Made by a program: the position numbers and the translations under genes | Notes under the pieces: generated by a model | What the model was told of the DNA's origin: nothing | Databases searched by the model: none | The model's input: the letters and a program-made list of their open reading frames with translations, nothing else | Source of the DNA: Selaginella moellendorffii | Lineage: Eukaryota > Plantae > Lycopodiophyta | Length of the DNA: 64,000 bases | Direction: 5' to 3' | Assembly: GCF_000143415.4 (NCBI RefSeq) | Contig: NW_003314274.1 | Location: 1,966,623-2,030,622, forward strand | Shown here: positions 24,896-37,208 of the stretch, piece by piece | How positions within the stretch are numbered: the stretch's first letter is position 1 | Layout: each line of letters opens with the position of its first letter

Positions 24896-25870
24896 TTGAT
24901 CACTTGTTTTGCAGTTCTATAAACTTTCCAGGAAGGATGCACCATTTATCAGAATGTGGTAGGAGTGCTGATTGACTTGACAACTGCGAGCAGGCTAGAT
25001 CTCAGCAGCAGTTTCACGTGTATTCCAGTCCATGTAAAATCTAGGAAACAGACACGTCCAGGAATATTTGCCGGCACAATAGCATCTAAAATATCTGACA
25101 GAATATTCTCACTAGGTCCCATATAGAACATTCATATCTGAAATATTCTAACGAATCTCAACATCAAGATTTATGACCCAGGGAAGTTACCATGAGTAAA
25201 GATTTAATATGGAAATGAATGAAAGTGAATAATTATGAGAAAAAAATGGGAAACAACCTGCAGTCTAGAGAAAAAAATGAATGTTATAGACTTTGTAGCT
25301 TTTGATATGCTCATGATAGACCACAAAAACAATGTTTTTGTCAGAAGGATCAAGTTTGGTGATATAATGCACTACCACATTGTTATGTTTCTTGCTTAAC
25401 TATGATATCTGAGCTCTACTAATCCAGCACAAGAGAAATTCATAGTAGGATTGCATTAGTCAGAAGTTATTTATCATCACAAATGACTTATGCATGCATT
25501 GTAGACCAAAGAGTGGCATTTGAAGAAAGAAAACAAGTGAAAAAGATAATTGGCAATGGATGCAGCTTTGCACCAAAAAATTGACATAGAGGCTTGTGAA
25601 ATATATTACAAAGAGTCTGATTTTGACATTCTGAAATGCCATTTTGCTAGGCAAAGTAGCCTACAAGAATATCATGTCAGAGGCAAACATAATTTTATCA
25701 TTCAAGGATTAAAATGTTTTCTTATGGTTTCTGGAGCATTGGGATTAAAACTTGCGATCTCAAGCGCAAAACATGTCAATTCAGTAGTCACCGCCACCTG
25801 CAAAGATCGAACTTAACAGTCAGCTTTTCAGTCAACATTTTGACCATGGTCAACGCCAAGCATTTTCTCT

Positions 25871-27548
25871 TCAGAACCGCAGCCATTTCTTCTCTTCTTC
25901 CTTGCTGCGCACTGCGTGGGCCGTGGACTGGAGCGCCGCCTCGGCATCGCCCAGCGCCTTGCGGGCCTCGCCCAGCTTCCTCGTCACGGCCTCGAACACC
26001 GATTTCTCCTTGCGGTTCCTGCGCGCCATCTCCTCGAGCTTGGCCACTTTGCTCGCCAGCTCCTTGATCTCGTCCTGCTGCCTCACCAGCGAGCGCCGAT
26101 CATCCTTCGACTTCCCGGTCGCCGCCACCGCTGGTTTCTTCTCCTTCGCGGACGAATCCATCCCGGACGAGGACGAGAGCTGGACGTTGATGAAGCTGAA
26201 CACGTCGGGAGCTCCCTCTGCTTCCTCCAGTGCTTTGCTCGCGCGTCTCTCCTCGGCGAATTTCCTGTCCCGCTTCCTCTTGCCGCCGCGGGACTTCTTC
26301 TTTGCCGACGGCTTGGGTGGAGTGGACTCGCTCACGAAGTCGAGGGATGTCTTTGGTGGCAGGACTCGGACCTGGAGAGGTGTGACGAGCCCCTGGCCGC
26401 TCGTCCCAAGGCCAGAGCCTTGCTTGTATCCCATCTTGGCCATGAGCTTGGAAGCAACTCCTCTGGTATGCTTCTCCCAGTTGGCGAACAACACTGTCTC
26501 GGTTTGCTGGTATCCTGAGAAAGTCCCGATTCCTGGCAAGATTTCTTCGTCGTCGCTTGACTCGTCACTGCTGCTGCTGCTGCTAGTGCTGCTCGAATCT
26601 GTCACCGCTGCGTGCTCGCTGAGAGCTAGATTTTCTTTTCCGACGATCGCTTTGCTGCCATCGTCGCTGAAAACCACATTCACCACTTGGAGCTGATCCA
26701 CCAGCTTCTCGACTTCGGCATCTCGCCAAAGTCCTGTTCCATCGGTGGAGGTGCAAGCCAGGACTGTAGAGCCGATCTCTATCTCTTGCCATCTTACGTC
26801 TGGAAGATCTTTCAGCGACGAGAGCTGTACGAGGAAACCTGTTGAATGTGTCATATCCAAGCTTTCAAGTTTCATAGAAGAAAATGTTCTCTCTCATTTT
26901 TTTTACCATGCGAGGAACGACAGCTTTCGCCATATCGGCAACGCTGCTGGAGGAAGAATCTGCAAATCTGCACACTCGGCCGGATGTCGTTAGTTCCTTA
27001 ATCTCAAAAACGGCACCCATGGGGAAAAACAACGAAAGAGATGGAGTACAACCTGCATTTTCTCATTTGTTGGCGTCAGAAAGGAAACACGAGCGTTTGT
27101 GCCATCTTGGCACAAATCGAGAACTCTTCCATTATACCATCTTCCATCGGTGTGTCGAAAGCGGCATTTTGATCCAGCAACAAAGTGCTGCTCTCGTTGG
27201 TGTTGTTGTTGTTGTTCTTCGTCTTTATCGCAAGCGAGTAAATCTTTCGACGAATCGATCTGGAGAAGCAGGCGGCGACGCTTGAGAGAAAGCAAGCTTT
27301 CCTCGACCTCCTTGACAGCAGCCACAAGATCCTCTCGCAGCTTCAGCATTAAATAGAAAATTACTTCACTATAACTCTTTTCATCGCTCGCAAAGAAGAT
27401 AGGTCGTGCTTACCGACTGGAGCTCCTGATTCCCAGGCTCGCGGAGCAGCGCCTCCTCCAGCGCCGGCAAGGACTCGTTGTGCTCGATCAGCTGCTCCTC
27501 CAGCTCACGCTCCAGCAAGGCGCTCTCCTCTTCCTCCTCTACACCCAT
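25871..27548 (-). CDS. Zinc finger CCCH + Tudor-like + G-patch protein (ZGPAT-like, At2g24830-like)
   Basis: KCRFRHTDGRWYNG, CRFFLQQRCRYGESCRSSH (CCCH), WEKHTRGVASKLMAKMGYKQGSGLG (G-patch) and C-terminal KKWLRF. Confidence 0.93.
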
Positions 27549-27646
27549 TTCTAAAATCTAGGGTTCTTCGTTAGGGCTCTTCGTTTTCAGGATTTAGGGT
27601 TTATCTCAGCGCCCGCGCTCTCTCGCTCGCCGATCGATCGTGCGCC

Positions 27647-30600
27647 ATGGACGACAGCTTGTACGACGAGTTCGGCAACTACATCGGCCCGGACATCGAG
27701 TCGGAGGAGGAGGGATCCGAGGCGGAGGAGGAAGCGATTCCAGCGGCCAGCGGCAGCGCAGGTAGAGAGAATGCAGCGTGGCTCACACAGGGAGGCGGGG
27801 ACGATCTTGACGGCCCCGAGGACATGGACACCGAGGGTGGGATCGTTCTTGCCGAGGACAAGAAATATTACCCGACCGCGGTGGAGGTCTATGGCGAAGG
27901 GGTGGAGACGCTGGTCATGGACGAGGACGCGCAGCCGCTGGAGGAGCCCATCATCAAGCCGGTGAGAGCCAAGAAATTCGAGGTAGCGTCCAGAGAAGGT
28001 GTGAGGACTTTCGTCTCCACGGAGTTTATGCTCGGGCTCATGAGCAATCCGGGGCTGGTTAGAAATGTGGCTCTGGTGGGAAATCTCCAGCACGGGAAGA
28101 CGCTCCTCATGGACATGCTCGTGGAGCAAACTCACGACATGAAGACGCTGGATCCAAACTCGGAGAAGCACTTGCGCTACACGGATACTCGGATCGACGA
28201 GCAGGAGAGGCAAATCTCTATCAAGGCCATGCCAATGTCGCTGGTGCTCGAAGATAGCTGTGGGAAATCCTACCTTTGCAACATCATGGACACTCCAGGC
28301 CACGTAAACTTTTCGGACGAGATGACCGCGGCTCTGCGCCTGGCTGATGGAGCCGTCGTCGTTGTGGATGCCGTGGAGGGTGTCATGGTACGTTCCTTTC
28401 TCTTTTCTCCAGAGTCTTAGATCTTCTCCATCGTTTCTTCTTCTGTGATTTTCAACTTTCTCGTGTCGTCTTTGTCCTGTCTGTACTCTTTTTTGTTTTC
28501 TACGAACTTGTAAGTAGCACATTATTTTCTTCTCTTTGCTTTTGTATTGATTTTGTTTTCTTCGTTTTTATCCTGCAGGTAAATACCGAGAGGTCCATTC
28601 GCCATGCAATCCAAGAGCGACTGCCTATCGTCGTAGTGATCAACAAGGTAAATCAACTCTTGGCTCTCGTATGCTTTTGCACTGAACGTTTTCCTGTTTT
28701 ACTTGAATAGGTGGACAGGCTTATAACCGAACTCAAGCTGCCGCCGACAGACGCCTATTACAAACTCAAGCATACTATAGAAGAAATCAACACCTTTATC
28801 AGCTCTTTCTCGACAAACCAAGCGATTGATCCTGTCTTCGGCAACATATGCTTCGCAAGTGCCACTGCCGGCTGGTCGTTTACGCTACTTTCTTTCGCAA
28901 AGCTCTACGTCAAGCTACACGGCATTCCTTTTGATGCGGAAAAGTTTGCAAGTCGACTTTGGGGTGACTATTACTACCACTCGGATACCAGAACTTTTAA
29001 GAAGACTCCTCCGGCCAGCGGCGGTGACCGGTCCTTCGTACAGTTCGTGCTGGAGCCGCTGTATAAGATATACAGTCAGCTGATCGGTGAGCACAAGAAG
29101 AGTGTCGAGACTGTTCTGGAAGAACTAGGAGTGAAGCTGAGTAGCGCTGCGTATAAGATGAACGTCAAGCCGTTGCTTAAGCTCGCGTGCAGCTCGATAT
29201 TTGGTTCGGCCACTGGTTTCACGGATATGTTGGTAAGGCACATTCCTTCAGCAAAGGTGGCTGCTGCAACGAAAGTCGAGCACACTTACACAGGTCCACA
29301 GGACTCGATGATAGCAGAGTCCATAAAAACCTGCGACGCGAAGGGGCCGCTGATGGTGAACATCACAAAGCTCTATCCAAAGAGTGATTGCAGCGTGTTT
29401 GATGCTTTCGGAAGAGTTTTAAGTGGAACCATCGCCACGGGTCAGAAGCTCCGGGTCCTGGGAGAGGGTTATTCTCCAGATGACGAGGAAGACATGGCAA
29501 TCAAGGAGGTGACGAAGTTATGGATTTATCAGGCACGTTACAGGATTGCTGTGAGCAAGGCACCCGTGGGAAGCTGGGTGCTTATAGAGGGTGTGGACAC
29601 ATCAATCACGAAGACCGCGACTCTATGCCCGGAGTTCACTGACGAGGATGTCTTTATTTTTCGGCCGCTCAAATTCAACACGTTGTCTGTCGTGAAAACA
29701 GCAACTGAGCCTCTAAATCCGAGCGAGCTTCCCAAGATGGTCGAAGGTCTTCGGAAAATCAGCAAGAGTTATCCACTGGCTATCACGAAAGTTGAAGAGT
29801 CCGGAGAGCATACTATTCTTGGTACCGGGGAGATTTTCCTAGACTCCATCATGAAAGATTTGCGAGAGCTTTACTCGGAAGTCGAAGTCAAGGTAAGTTC
29901 TGTCTTTTATAATTCATTTTCTAAGTGACTAACTGGCCTTCTTTAGGTTGCTGACCCTGTGGTATCATTCTGTGAAACTGTTGTGGAGTCCTCGTCTTTA
30001 AAATGCTTTGCTGAAACGCCTAACAAAAGGAACAAGCTTACCATGGTACGTTCCATCCTACTTTATCTGCAAGAGTTATATGAATCTGTGTGGCTTTCCA
30101 GCTAGCCGAGCCGCTCGAAAAAGGACTATCCGAAGATATTGAAAATGGAAACGTGTGTATCGACTGGCCTGCTAAGAAAGTTTCAGAGTTTTTCAAAGTG
30201 AGGTATGACTGGGATGTTCTCGCCGCGCGGTCTATATGGGCCTTTGGTCCTGATAAGCAGGTTGGTCGATTCTTTCCTTTCTCTGCTTTGCACTCAACTT
30301 AAGTTTCAGGGACCAAACATTCTCTTGGACGACACTTTACCTAGTCAAGTGAACAAAGGGCTCCTCAGTTCTGTCAGGGACTCCATTGTGCAAGGGTACC
30401 AAATATATTGTTTAACGCTAAAGCCTGATATTTTTTTGATAGGTTTCAATGGGGTGCCCGCGAAGGACCTCTCTGTGACGAGCCTATTCGTAACGTGAAG
30501 TTTAAAATACTGGATGCAACAATTGCGCAAGAACCTTTACATCGTGGTGGGGGTCAAATTATTCCCACCGCAAGGCGGGTCGCTTACTCTGCCTTCTTAA

Positions 30601-31241
30601 TGGCAACGCCCCGGTTGATGGAGCCAGTCTACTATGTGGAGGTAACATGTGCTATATATTTCATCCCATATCTGAAAACGTTCGTTTTCTAGATCCAAAC
30701 ACCTGTGGATTGTCTCACGGCAATCTACACAGTTCTTTCACGGAGGCGAGGACATGTCACGAGTGATGCGCCAAAGCCTGGAACTCCTGCATATGTCGTG
30801 AAGGTAGAAGCATCGTTTGAACTCTTCACTGCACAATCTTATGTTTTTCTTCCTTTTTTGTTTTTGTTTTTTCTTTTTGTGCAGGCATTTCTACCCGTGA
30901 TCGAGTCATTCGGATTCGAGACTGATTTGCGCTATCACACTCAGGGCCAGGCCTTTTGTTTGTCTGTCTTTGATCACTGGTCCATCGTTCCGGGTGATCC
31001 TCTAGACAAGTCCGTGGTTCTCCGGCCACTGGAACCAGCGCCCGTGCAACACCTTGCACGAGAGTTCATGGTGAAAACTCGTCGCAGGAAGGTCAGTAGT
31101 TGTAGCTAAGCTCTTTTTTTGATCATGGGAATTTGTGTTTGGCAGGGAATGAGCGAAGACGTGAGCATTAACAAGTTTTTTGACGATCCAATGCTGCTGG
31201 AATTGGCGAGACAAGACGCTGACTTGCAGCAAATTCTCTAA
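27647..31241 (+). CDS. SNU114: U5 snRNP GTPase SNU114 / EFTUD2 (CLO/GFA1)
   Basis: [38 protein letters not shown] and [13 protein letters not shown]. Confidence 0.97.
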
Positions 31242-31542
31242 GAGCTCGAGCTCTTTTCTTTTTTCTTTTTGCTGTACCATCAAACTCATCAAAAGGTAAC
31301 TTCCATCTGATGTAGCTCAGCCCAGCAGCCACGCACAATTTAGGAACCATGACGAATAGAAGACCAGCTCAACCAGAATGGAAAAGCACTTCAAAACAAG
31401 TTTTGTGGAGCAAGCCGGTGGTTGAAGTGGAGTGTGGTTTAAATTTATTAATTCCCTTTTAGATTTATGAACTTAAGCTCTTTATTTAGGTTCTAGCAAT
31501 TCAAATTTGAATTTAGGGCTGTTGTTAGGGTTCTTGAGGTTT

Positions 31543-32733
31543 ATGGCAAGGAGGGCCGCAAGGCTATTCCCGGGCCATGGCGCGCGGAGAATGTCCACCT
31601 CCACGCTCGCGTTCGAGGAGATGGAAGACAATGCAGCGCATTCCAAGGAGAAAACGGTGATGTTCCTGCACGGGTTGCTAGGGTCTGCCAGGAACTGGCG
31701 GGGATTCGCCAAGCGGCTCCAGTCTGCGATCGATCCAGGTTCCTGATCGATCGTTTGTGCTGGATCTGTCCTGAAATTCGCCGTGGCACCTTGCAGCTTG
31801 GAGAATTGTGATGGTTGATCTTAGAAATCATGGCCAGTCCGGCGAGCTGGAACTATCGCCCCCTCACGACATCCCTGCGGCAGCCAGGGACGTGGCAGAT
31901 CTCATCAGAGCTCGTCCGGAGCTCTATCCCGACGTGCTGGTTGGGCATTCCATGGGAGGGAAAGTAACGCTAGAATTTGCCAAGTCCTCCATGGAGAGAA
32001 AGTATGGAAGCATGACCGTGCCTAGACAAGTGAGTCTTTTCTTTCTTCTTTCGTTCTCTCAAGTTGTTCTTACTATGGTCTTTCCTTTTCGTGGAACTTC
32101 CTCGCAGTTATGGGTTCTTGATTCTGTCGTTGGCGAAGTCCCAATAAAAAACGAAGAAGGCGAGGTGGAAAGCGTGTTGGAAACCATCAGAACTTTGCCT
32201 CAAGTCATACCATCACGCAGGTCTCCTCTCACTGATTCATGATTTTCTTTGCCAGATTATAACGGTGTTATTGTGTTCTTCACTAGATGGCTTGTGGAGC
32301 GGATGCAAGAGCTAGGATTCTCGAAAGGCCTCGCCAATTGGCTGGGCAGTAACTTAAAAGCAATATCACCCGGCAGCGAGGAGTCAAAATGGGTATTTAA
32401 CTTCGACGGCGCGTACTCGATGTTCACGTCTTACAGGTGCTTTGCTCGCAGCTCTCGATTTCTTGCTGACACTCTCCACTCAGGAAAATGGATTACTGGT
32501 CTCTCCTGGAAAATCCCCCAGCTGGGAGTGATATTGGCATCGTCAGGGCGGGCAGGAGCGATCGATGGACTCCTGAGATCATTGCTCGTCTGGAAGAACT
32601 CTCGAGAGCGGCTCCAGACGATGGTAGAAGGGGCAGTGTTACGTATCGTGTATTGGAGAATGCTGGTCACTGGGTCCATGCCGATAATCCTGAAGGCTTA
32701 TTGGAGCTTCTGCTACCATCTTTCCAGTCCTGA
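31543..32733 (+). CDS. ABHD11-like alpha/beta hydrolase (probably mitochondrial)
   Basis: FLHGLLGSARNWR, VDLRNHG, GHSMGG nucleophile elbow and AGHWVHADNP. Confidence 0.9.
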
Positions 32734-33321
32734 GGGTAAGGATCAAGGTGAAGACCCTGAGCGAAGTAGAGTTTTGCTTACTGCTTACGTTCTTATACAG
32801 ATAATCAAAAACAAAATTTTCTATCTTCCTTGGCCGGCATGATCAAAGGAAGAAAGTTGCTTGCTCACGATGCAGTGTTTCTCAAGAGCATCGAAGCGCT
32901 AGACACAGCCCTTGGCCTTCAGTTCTTCGTCATACTCTTCTTCCTCCTCCTCCCGACGCGCCATCTCCTCTTCGTGAATCTCAGGCGTCCTACGAGCAAA
33001 ACAAAGCACGAGCTTTCGATCGACCACACCGACTGGAAAGAGCGGTTGCTTTCTTAGCAGGCTTCACTGGCTCCTCGTCATCTATAACTTCTTCCTCCGC
33101 GTCGTCAACTTTTTGCTTGCTTACCAGTCGTCACCTTTTTTGCTTTTTCTCTCTTTTTATCATCAACTATAGCTTTAACTTCTTTCTAGCTTGGTTGGCT
33201 GAATTATTACTGGATTAGCTTACCCATTTGAGTTCATTTTAAATTTCAGAAAGTAAAACGTCTTCTTCTTGGATAATCCGGAGGCTGAAAAGGATGACGG
33301 CGAACAAAAGAGCTGGAGTTC

Positions 33322-36300
33322 CTAAGAGAAGGTGACTTGAGCCACTCCATTCGACGCGAGAGCTGCGACCATCTCTGGAACTGTGACGAACACAATCACT
33401 GGATTTCCCGGAGACGCGGCCTGAGCAGCAGCAGCGGCAGCGATCTCGCCCGAGGACGAGGACGAAACCGGCACCACCATCACGCTCTCCAGCCCCAGCT
33501 GCGCCTTGATCAGCTCCAGGTTCTCCTCAAACACCCACCGCTCGTCGAATGGCAGCCGCAGCTCCAGCGCCTGCGGCCCGACCGACAGCGTCTCGTCCTT
33601 CTTGAACTTGACGAACGGCATGCACTTCTTCTGGATCTGCTTGAAGTCCCCGGACTGTCCCACCGAGCTCTCGCGCAGCCGGGCCAAGATCTCCGCGTCC
33701 GGAGTGAACGTCCTGCTGCCGCTGTCGTAGCACGACTGGAGAATCTTCAGGGACTCCTCCTTCCAGCCTTCGTACTTCTCGGCTACGTAGATCAAGCCCG
33801 CCAGTGGAGCCGGCGCTGCTGGAGGCGCTGCTGCTTGTCCCTTCTTGGCCTTCTTCGAGCCGGCCAGGTGCTTCTGCAAGGCCTTCCGGAAGTCGGCAAG
33901 GATGGACTGGAAGAACTTGTTCGCTCTCTGGAGGGTCAAGTCGGGAGTTCCTGAGGTTGGCCAGCCTGCCGTCACTGCAAATCCTTCCTGGTGAAAGATC
34001 TCCGATCGGACATACTCGGCGTAGTGCGGGCAAATTGGAGTCAGTAGCCGAGTCTGGACGTCCGCGAACCTGAAGATCAAGTCCCTGTTCATGCCCGAGG
34101 AGGAGCACGCCAACCGGTACTCGTCCCTGGCGATCTGGAGATCGTAGAAACCCGACTTGAGCGCCTCACGGAACATCAGAGCTTTGTAGTTCTTCTCTGT
34201 CTGGTTGATAGCAATGTTGATCTCGTTCTCAAACACGCGGTCCGCGAATGTAGTAGGGAGTCCCTTCCTCAGATCCTTTTCAGCAGCCATGAGCTCGTCG
34301 CTCATCCAGGCCATCTCCTTCGTCAGGCGTAGGATGGCGGAGTTTGCTGTCAGCTTGACGAAGTTTGCATCGTCGACCGAGTCTCCAGCGTCCGCCAGGC
34401 CGAACCTCGTTGCATCTGCCGAGAAGTCATTCACAGCGTCCCGAATGGTGAGGAAGTTCCCAGTCGACTTGGCCATCTTCTCCCCGTTCAGCAGCAGGAA
34501 ACCATTGCACCGGAACGAACGAGGCCACCTCTCCTCCGGGAACATGGCGGTGTGATTGTAGATGCTAAAAGTCAGGTGGTTCTGGATGAGATCCTTCCCA
34601 GAGACGCGCAAGTCGAACGGATACCAGTAATCAAATTCCTTCTTCATCCTCTGCAGAGTTTCAACCGGAATCTCGCTCTCTGGAAGAGGTCCCATGCCAA
34701 ACACGAAGTCCCAGACTTTCCTCGTCATCTGCTCGGGCTTCAGAGCATGGTCACCTTTGCCATACAAGTCCCCCTCCTGTAAGATATGTGCCACCGTGTA
34801 GTACGCCATGTAGATGGTCGAATCTGACAGAGACTCGATCAAAAAGTCCTGGTCCCAAGGAAACTTTGTGCCCAGCCCGAAAGAACGCGAGCAGGCCCAT
34901 TGGTTCAACCATCCAAGAGCGTGCTCGAACAAGCGCCTCGTTTCGTCACTGTAGAGCTCCATCTGCGTCAGGCATTTTTCCGCCTGTGACTTCCATTCCT
35001 CCTCACCATACTGTAAGTACCACTGGTCCGTCAAGGCCACCACACACTCGTCTCCTGACCTCGATATCACTTTCTTTTCGGGCTCGCTATAGATAATAGC
35101 TTGGCCGGACTCCACCAGCAACTTCTTGATCAGCGGCTTCGCCTCCTGGACTTTCATTCCGGCATAGTCACCCACCAGCATCTTCCCGTCTGTGAACCCC
35201 TTCAAGTACGTCATCTTCTTTGCAGCTTCCAGATCATCCCGGTTGTTCTGGCTCTTGATCTTCATGCTGATGCAGACCGCTTCCGCCGACTTGTCCCCGA
35301 ATTCCGGAATGTTGATGATGGGAATGACTTCGAAAGGTAGCACCCACTCGTCTCGGACGTTAAACTTCGCCCGCAGCCCAGGCTTCGACTTCAAATCCGA
35401 GAGTGCCATGTAGTCGTCGGGAGAGTCGCTTGGCACACTCGTCACAACTCCAGTACCTTTGTCCGTCTTGATGTTCAGCATCGGCAGCACGTAAACCACT
35501 GGATTCTTTGCAAGCGGAGAAACCACCGCCAAACCGATCAAGTCCTGTCCCTTGAGTTCCACCAGGCACGTCGGTTGCTGCGGAACCCGTGACAAGTTCT
35601 GATAAGCCATGTTCAAGGCAGCCCGAGCCGTCACCACGAAAACTTCCGTCTCGCTGACTTCATAAGCACCGTAGTCACCGTCTGCCAGAACCCATGCATT
35701 TGTTTGGCCATACATGGTCTCCGGCCTCAAGGTGGCAGCTGCCAAGAACACCTTCTTCCCTTCCAAAGCCTTGAGTTTCCCTGTGAAAGGAGGCTGGACC
35801 TCCATTTTGATAAGTACGTACTCTTGAGGACCCACACCCTCGCCGGAAGCTCGATCGTGGTCGGCACAAGGCTGCCTGTCCAGAGGAGAATAGATGGCAT
35901 ACCGCAAATCCTTGCCCACCTTCTTCTTCTCACGCAAGTGCTCAAACTGCCACCTTACGAATGAGTCGTAGTAAGGATTCGCCTCTGTGGTGATGAAAGA
36001 GCGTCTCCAGTCACAGCTCAGGCCGAAGAACTTCAAGTCGTTCTTGGCGATGGGCGGAAAATACTCCAGCCAGTAGAGTGGATCCCGGAACTTGGCAATC
36101 TCATCGTCCTCCAGACCCAAAGACCTCATGATCGTCCACTGATACTTGGAAGCACCGGACTTCGCCACAGCCTTGCTTTTCTTTGCTTTGAACTTCACCT
36201 CCACTGGAACCTCTTGAGTGGCCTCTTCTTTGTTCGCAACTGGAGCTGGAGCTTCTGCTGGAGCGTCGTCCGTCACCTCTGTAGGAAACACTGGAGGACA

Positions 36301-36648
36301 CCCAAATTCTTCGCTCTCGCGGACCAGCTTATCGGCACAAGCCTTGATCGGCATCCCTGTGCAGTGAAATCCCATTGGCAGCAGCACCTTCGTGCCACAA
36401 AGCCTCTGGAACGCCGCGGAGAACTCTAGCTTGGAGAGCGAGAACGCGTGGCCCAAGTGAAGCGCCCCATTCATGTAGGGGTATGGAAAGTTCCCGAAAT
36501 ATTTCTCACCGGGCTTGGGCGGCTCGTCGCTCGCATCGACCTCGAAGACCTTGGCGTCCTCCCATCGCTTCTGGATAATCGTCTCGATACCCAGCAGCTT
36601 GTCACGCCGCTCGGTGCTCATCTTCTTCTCGGCGCCATCGCTGGCCAT
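33322..36648 (-). CDS. LARS: Cytosolic leucyl-tRNA synthetase (single coding exon, 5'-UTR intron)
   Basis: FPYPYMNGALHLGH (HIGH motif), editing-domain ATLRPET and GTGVVTSVPSDSPDD, GKDLIQNHL and KMAKS. Confidence 0.97.
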   Translation of the reverse strand: MASDGAEKKMSTERRDKLLGIETIIQKRWEDAKVFEVDASDEPPKPGEKYFGNFPYPYMNGALHLGHAFSLSKLEFSAAFQRLCGTKVLLPMGFHCTGMPIKACADKLVRESEEFGCPPVFPTEVTDDAPAEAPAPVANKEEATQEVPVEVKFKAKKSKAVAKSGASKYQWTIMRSLGLEDDEIAKFRDPLYWLEYFPPIAKNDLKFFGLSCDWRRSFITTEANPYYDSFVRWQFEHLREKKKVGKDLRYAIYSPLDRQPCADHDRASGEGVGPQEYVLIKMEVQPPFTGKLKALEGKKVFLAAATLRPETMYGQTNAWVLADGDYGAYEVSETEVFVVTARAALNMAYQNLSRVPQQPTCLVELKGQDLIGLAVVSPLAKNPVVYVLPMLNIKTDKGTGVVTSVPSDSPDDYMALSDLKSKPGLRAKFNVRDEWVLPFEVIPIINIPEFGDKSAEAVCISMKIKSQNNRDDLEAAKKMTYLKGFTDGKMLVGDYAGMKVQEAKPLIKKLLVESGQAIIYSEPEKKVISRSGDECVVALTDQWYLQYGEEEWKSQAEKCLTQMELYSDETRRLFEHALGWLNQWACSRSFGLGTKFPWDQDFLIESLSDSTIYMAYYTVAHILQEGDLYGKGDHALKPEQMTRKVWDFVFGMGPLPESEIPVETLQRMKKEFDYWYPFDLRVSGKDLIQNHLTFSIYNHTAMFPEERWPRSFRCNGFLLLNGEKMAKSTGNFLTIRDAVNDFSADATRFGLADAGDSVDDANFVKLTANSAILRLTKEMAWMSDELMAAEKDLRKGLPTTFADRVFENEINIAINQTEKNYKALMFREALKSGFYDLQIARDEYRLACSSSGMNRDLIFRFADVQTRLLTPICPHYAEYVRSEIFHQEGFAVTAGWPTSGTPDLTLQRANKFFQSILADFRKALQKHLAGSKKAKKGQAAAPPAAPAPLAGLIYVAEKYEGWKEESLKILQSCYDSGSRTFTPDAEILARLRESSVGQSGDFKQIQKKCMPFVKFKKDETLSVGPQALELRLPFDERWVFEENLELIKAQLGLESVMVVPVSSSSSGEIAAAAAAQAASPGNPVIVFVTVPEMVAALASNGVAQVTFS

Positions 36649-36879
36649 CCTGGATCGATGAACAGAGAAAATGCGACTTAAACCACGGAAGATCTCTCGG
36701 CGAGTAAGAAAACTCACGTCGCGATGCAGCGAAGGATGCGACGTAGAGAGCCTCCCGTGTTGCCGCTACAGCAGCGCCGCCGCCGCCGCCGCCGTGCAGT
36801 GAAGCTCTCGTTCTCGTAAACCCTAATCCTCACTGGCAAGGCACCTACAATGGTCAAGGGTTCCATACCTATCTATCTT

Positions 36880-37098
36880 GAGCAAGGCGAGTCGCTTTCT
36901 TAATGGCTAAGCAATCTCTGGACGTGGGTAACGTATTTTCTCATGCGTTTTCTAGATTGTTACACAGTTCTTTTGCGAGGTAGAAGCGTCAGTCGACTGC
37001 ACAATCTTATGTTTTTCTTTTGTGCAGTCATTTCTACCTTGAGACTGATTTGTGCTATCATCCATCGTTGGTGATTCTCTAAAGTCCGTGGTTCTCGC
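36880..37098 (+). pseudogene. Deletion-riddled copy of SNU114 segment 30570-31025
   Basis: Ordered matches: gcaaggcgagtcgct, ttcttaatggc, gttttctagat, tacacagttcttt, aggtagaagc, actgcacaatcttatgtttttctt, gagactgatttg and aagtccgtggttctc. Confidence 0.8.
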
Positions 37099-37176
37099 AA
37101 GAAAATCCGGGCAGCTTATTTAAATCCCTCAGTCTCATGGTTCTTGGGGGTGCTACTAGACCATGGAAACAGTATA

Positions 37177-37208
37177 TGAATGAATGAATGAATGAATGAA
37201 GGAATGAA
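37177..37208. repeat. (GAAT)n microsatellite at the edge of an AT-rich block (37200-38250)
   Basis: tgaatgaatgaatgaatgaatgaaggaatgaa. Confidence 0.85.

Noticed and set aside
32900-33125. Acidic exon-like pieces on the minus strand downstream of LeuRS
   Set aside because: No coherent gene model or recognisable homology; could be a UTR intron or debris.
33322-36717. N-terminal extension of the LeuRS ORF (MSFLTRRE..) as an organellar targeting peptide
   Set aside because: It starts at a GTG that is a splice donor (GTGAG); the segment is a 5'-UTR intron ending CCAG just before the ATG at 36648.
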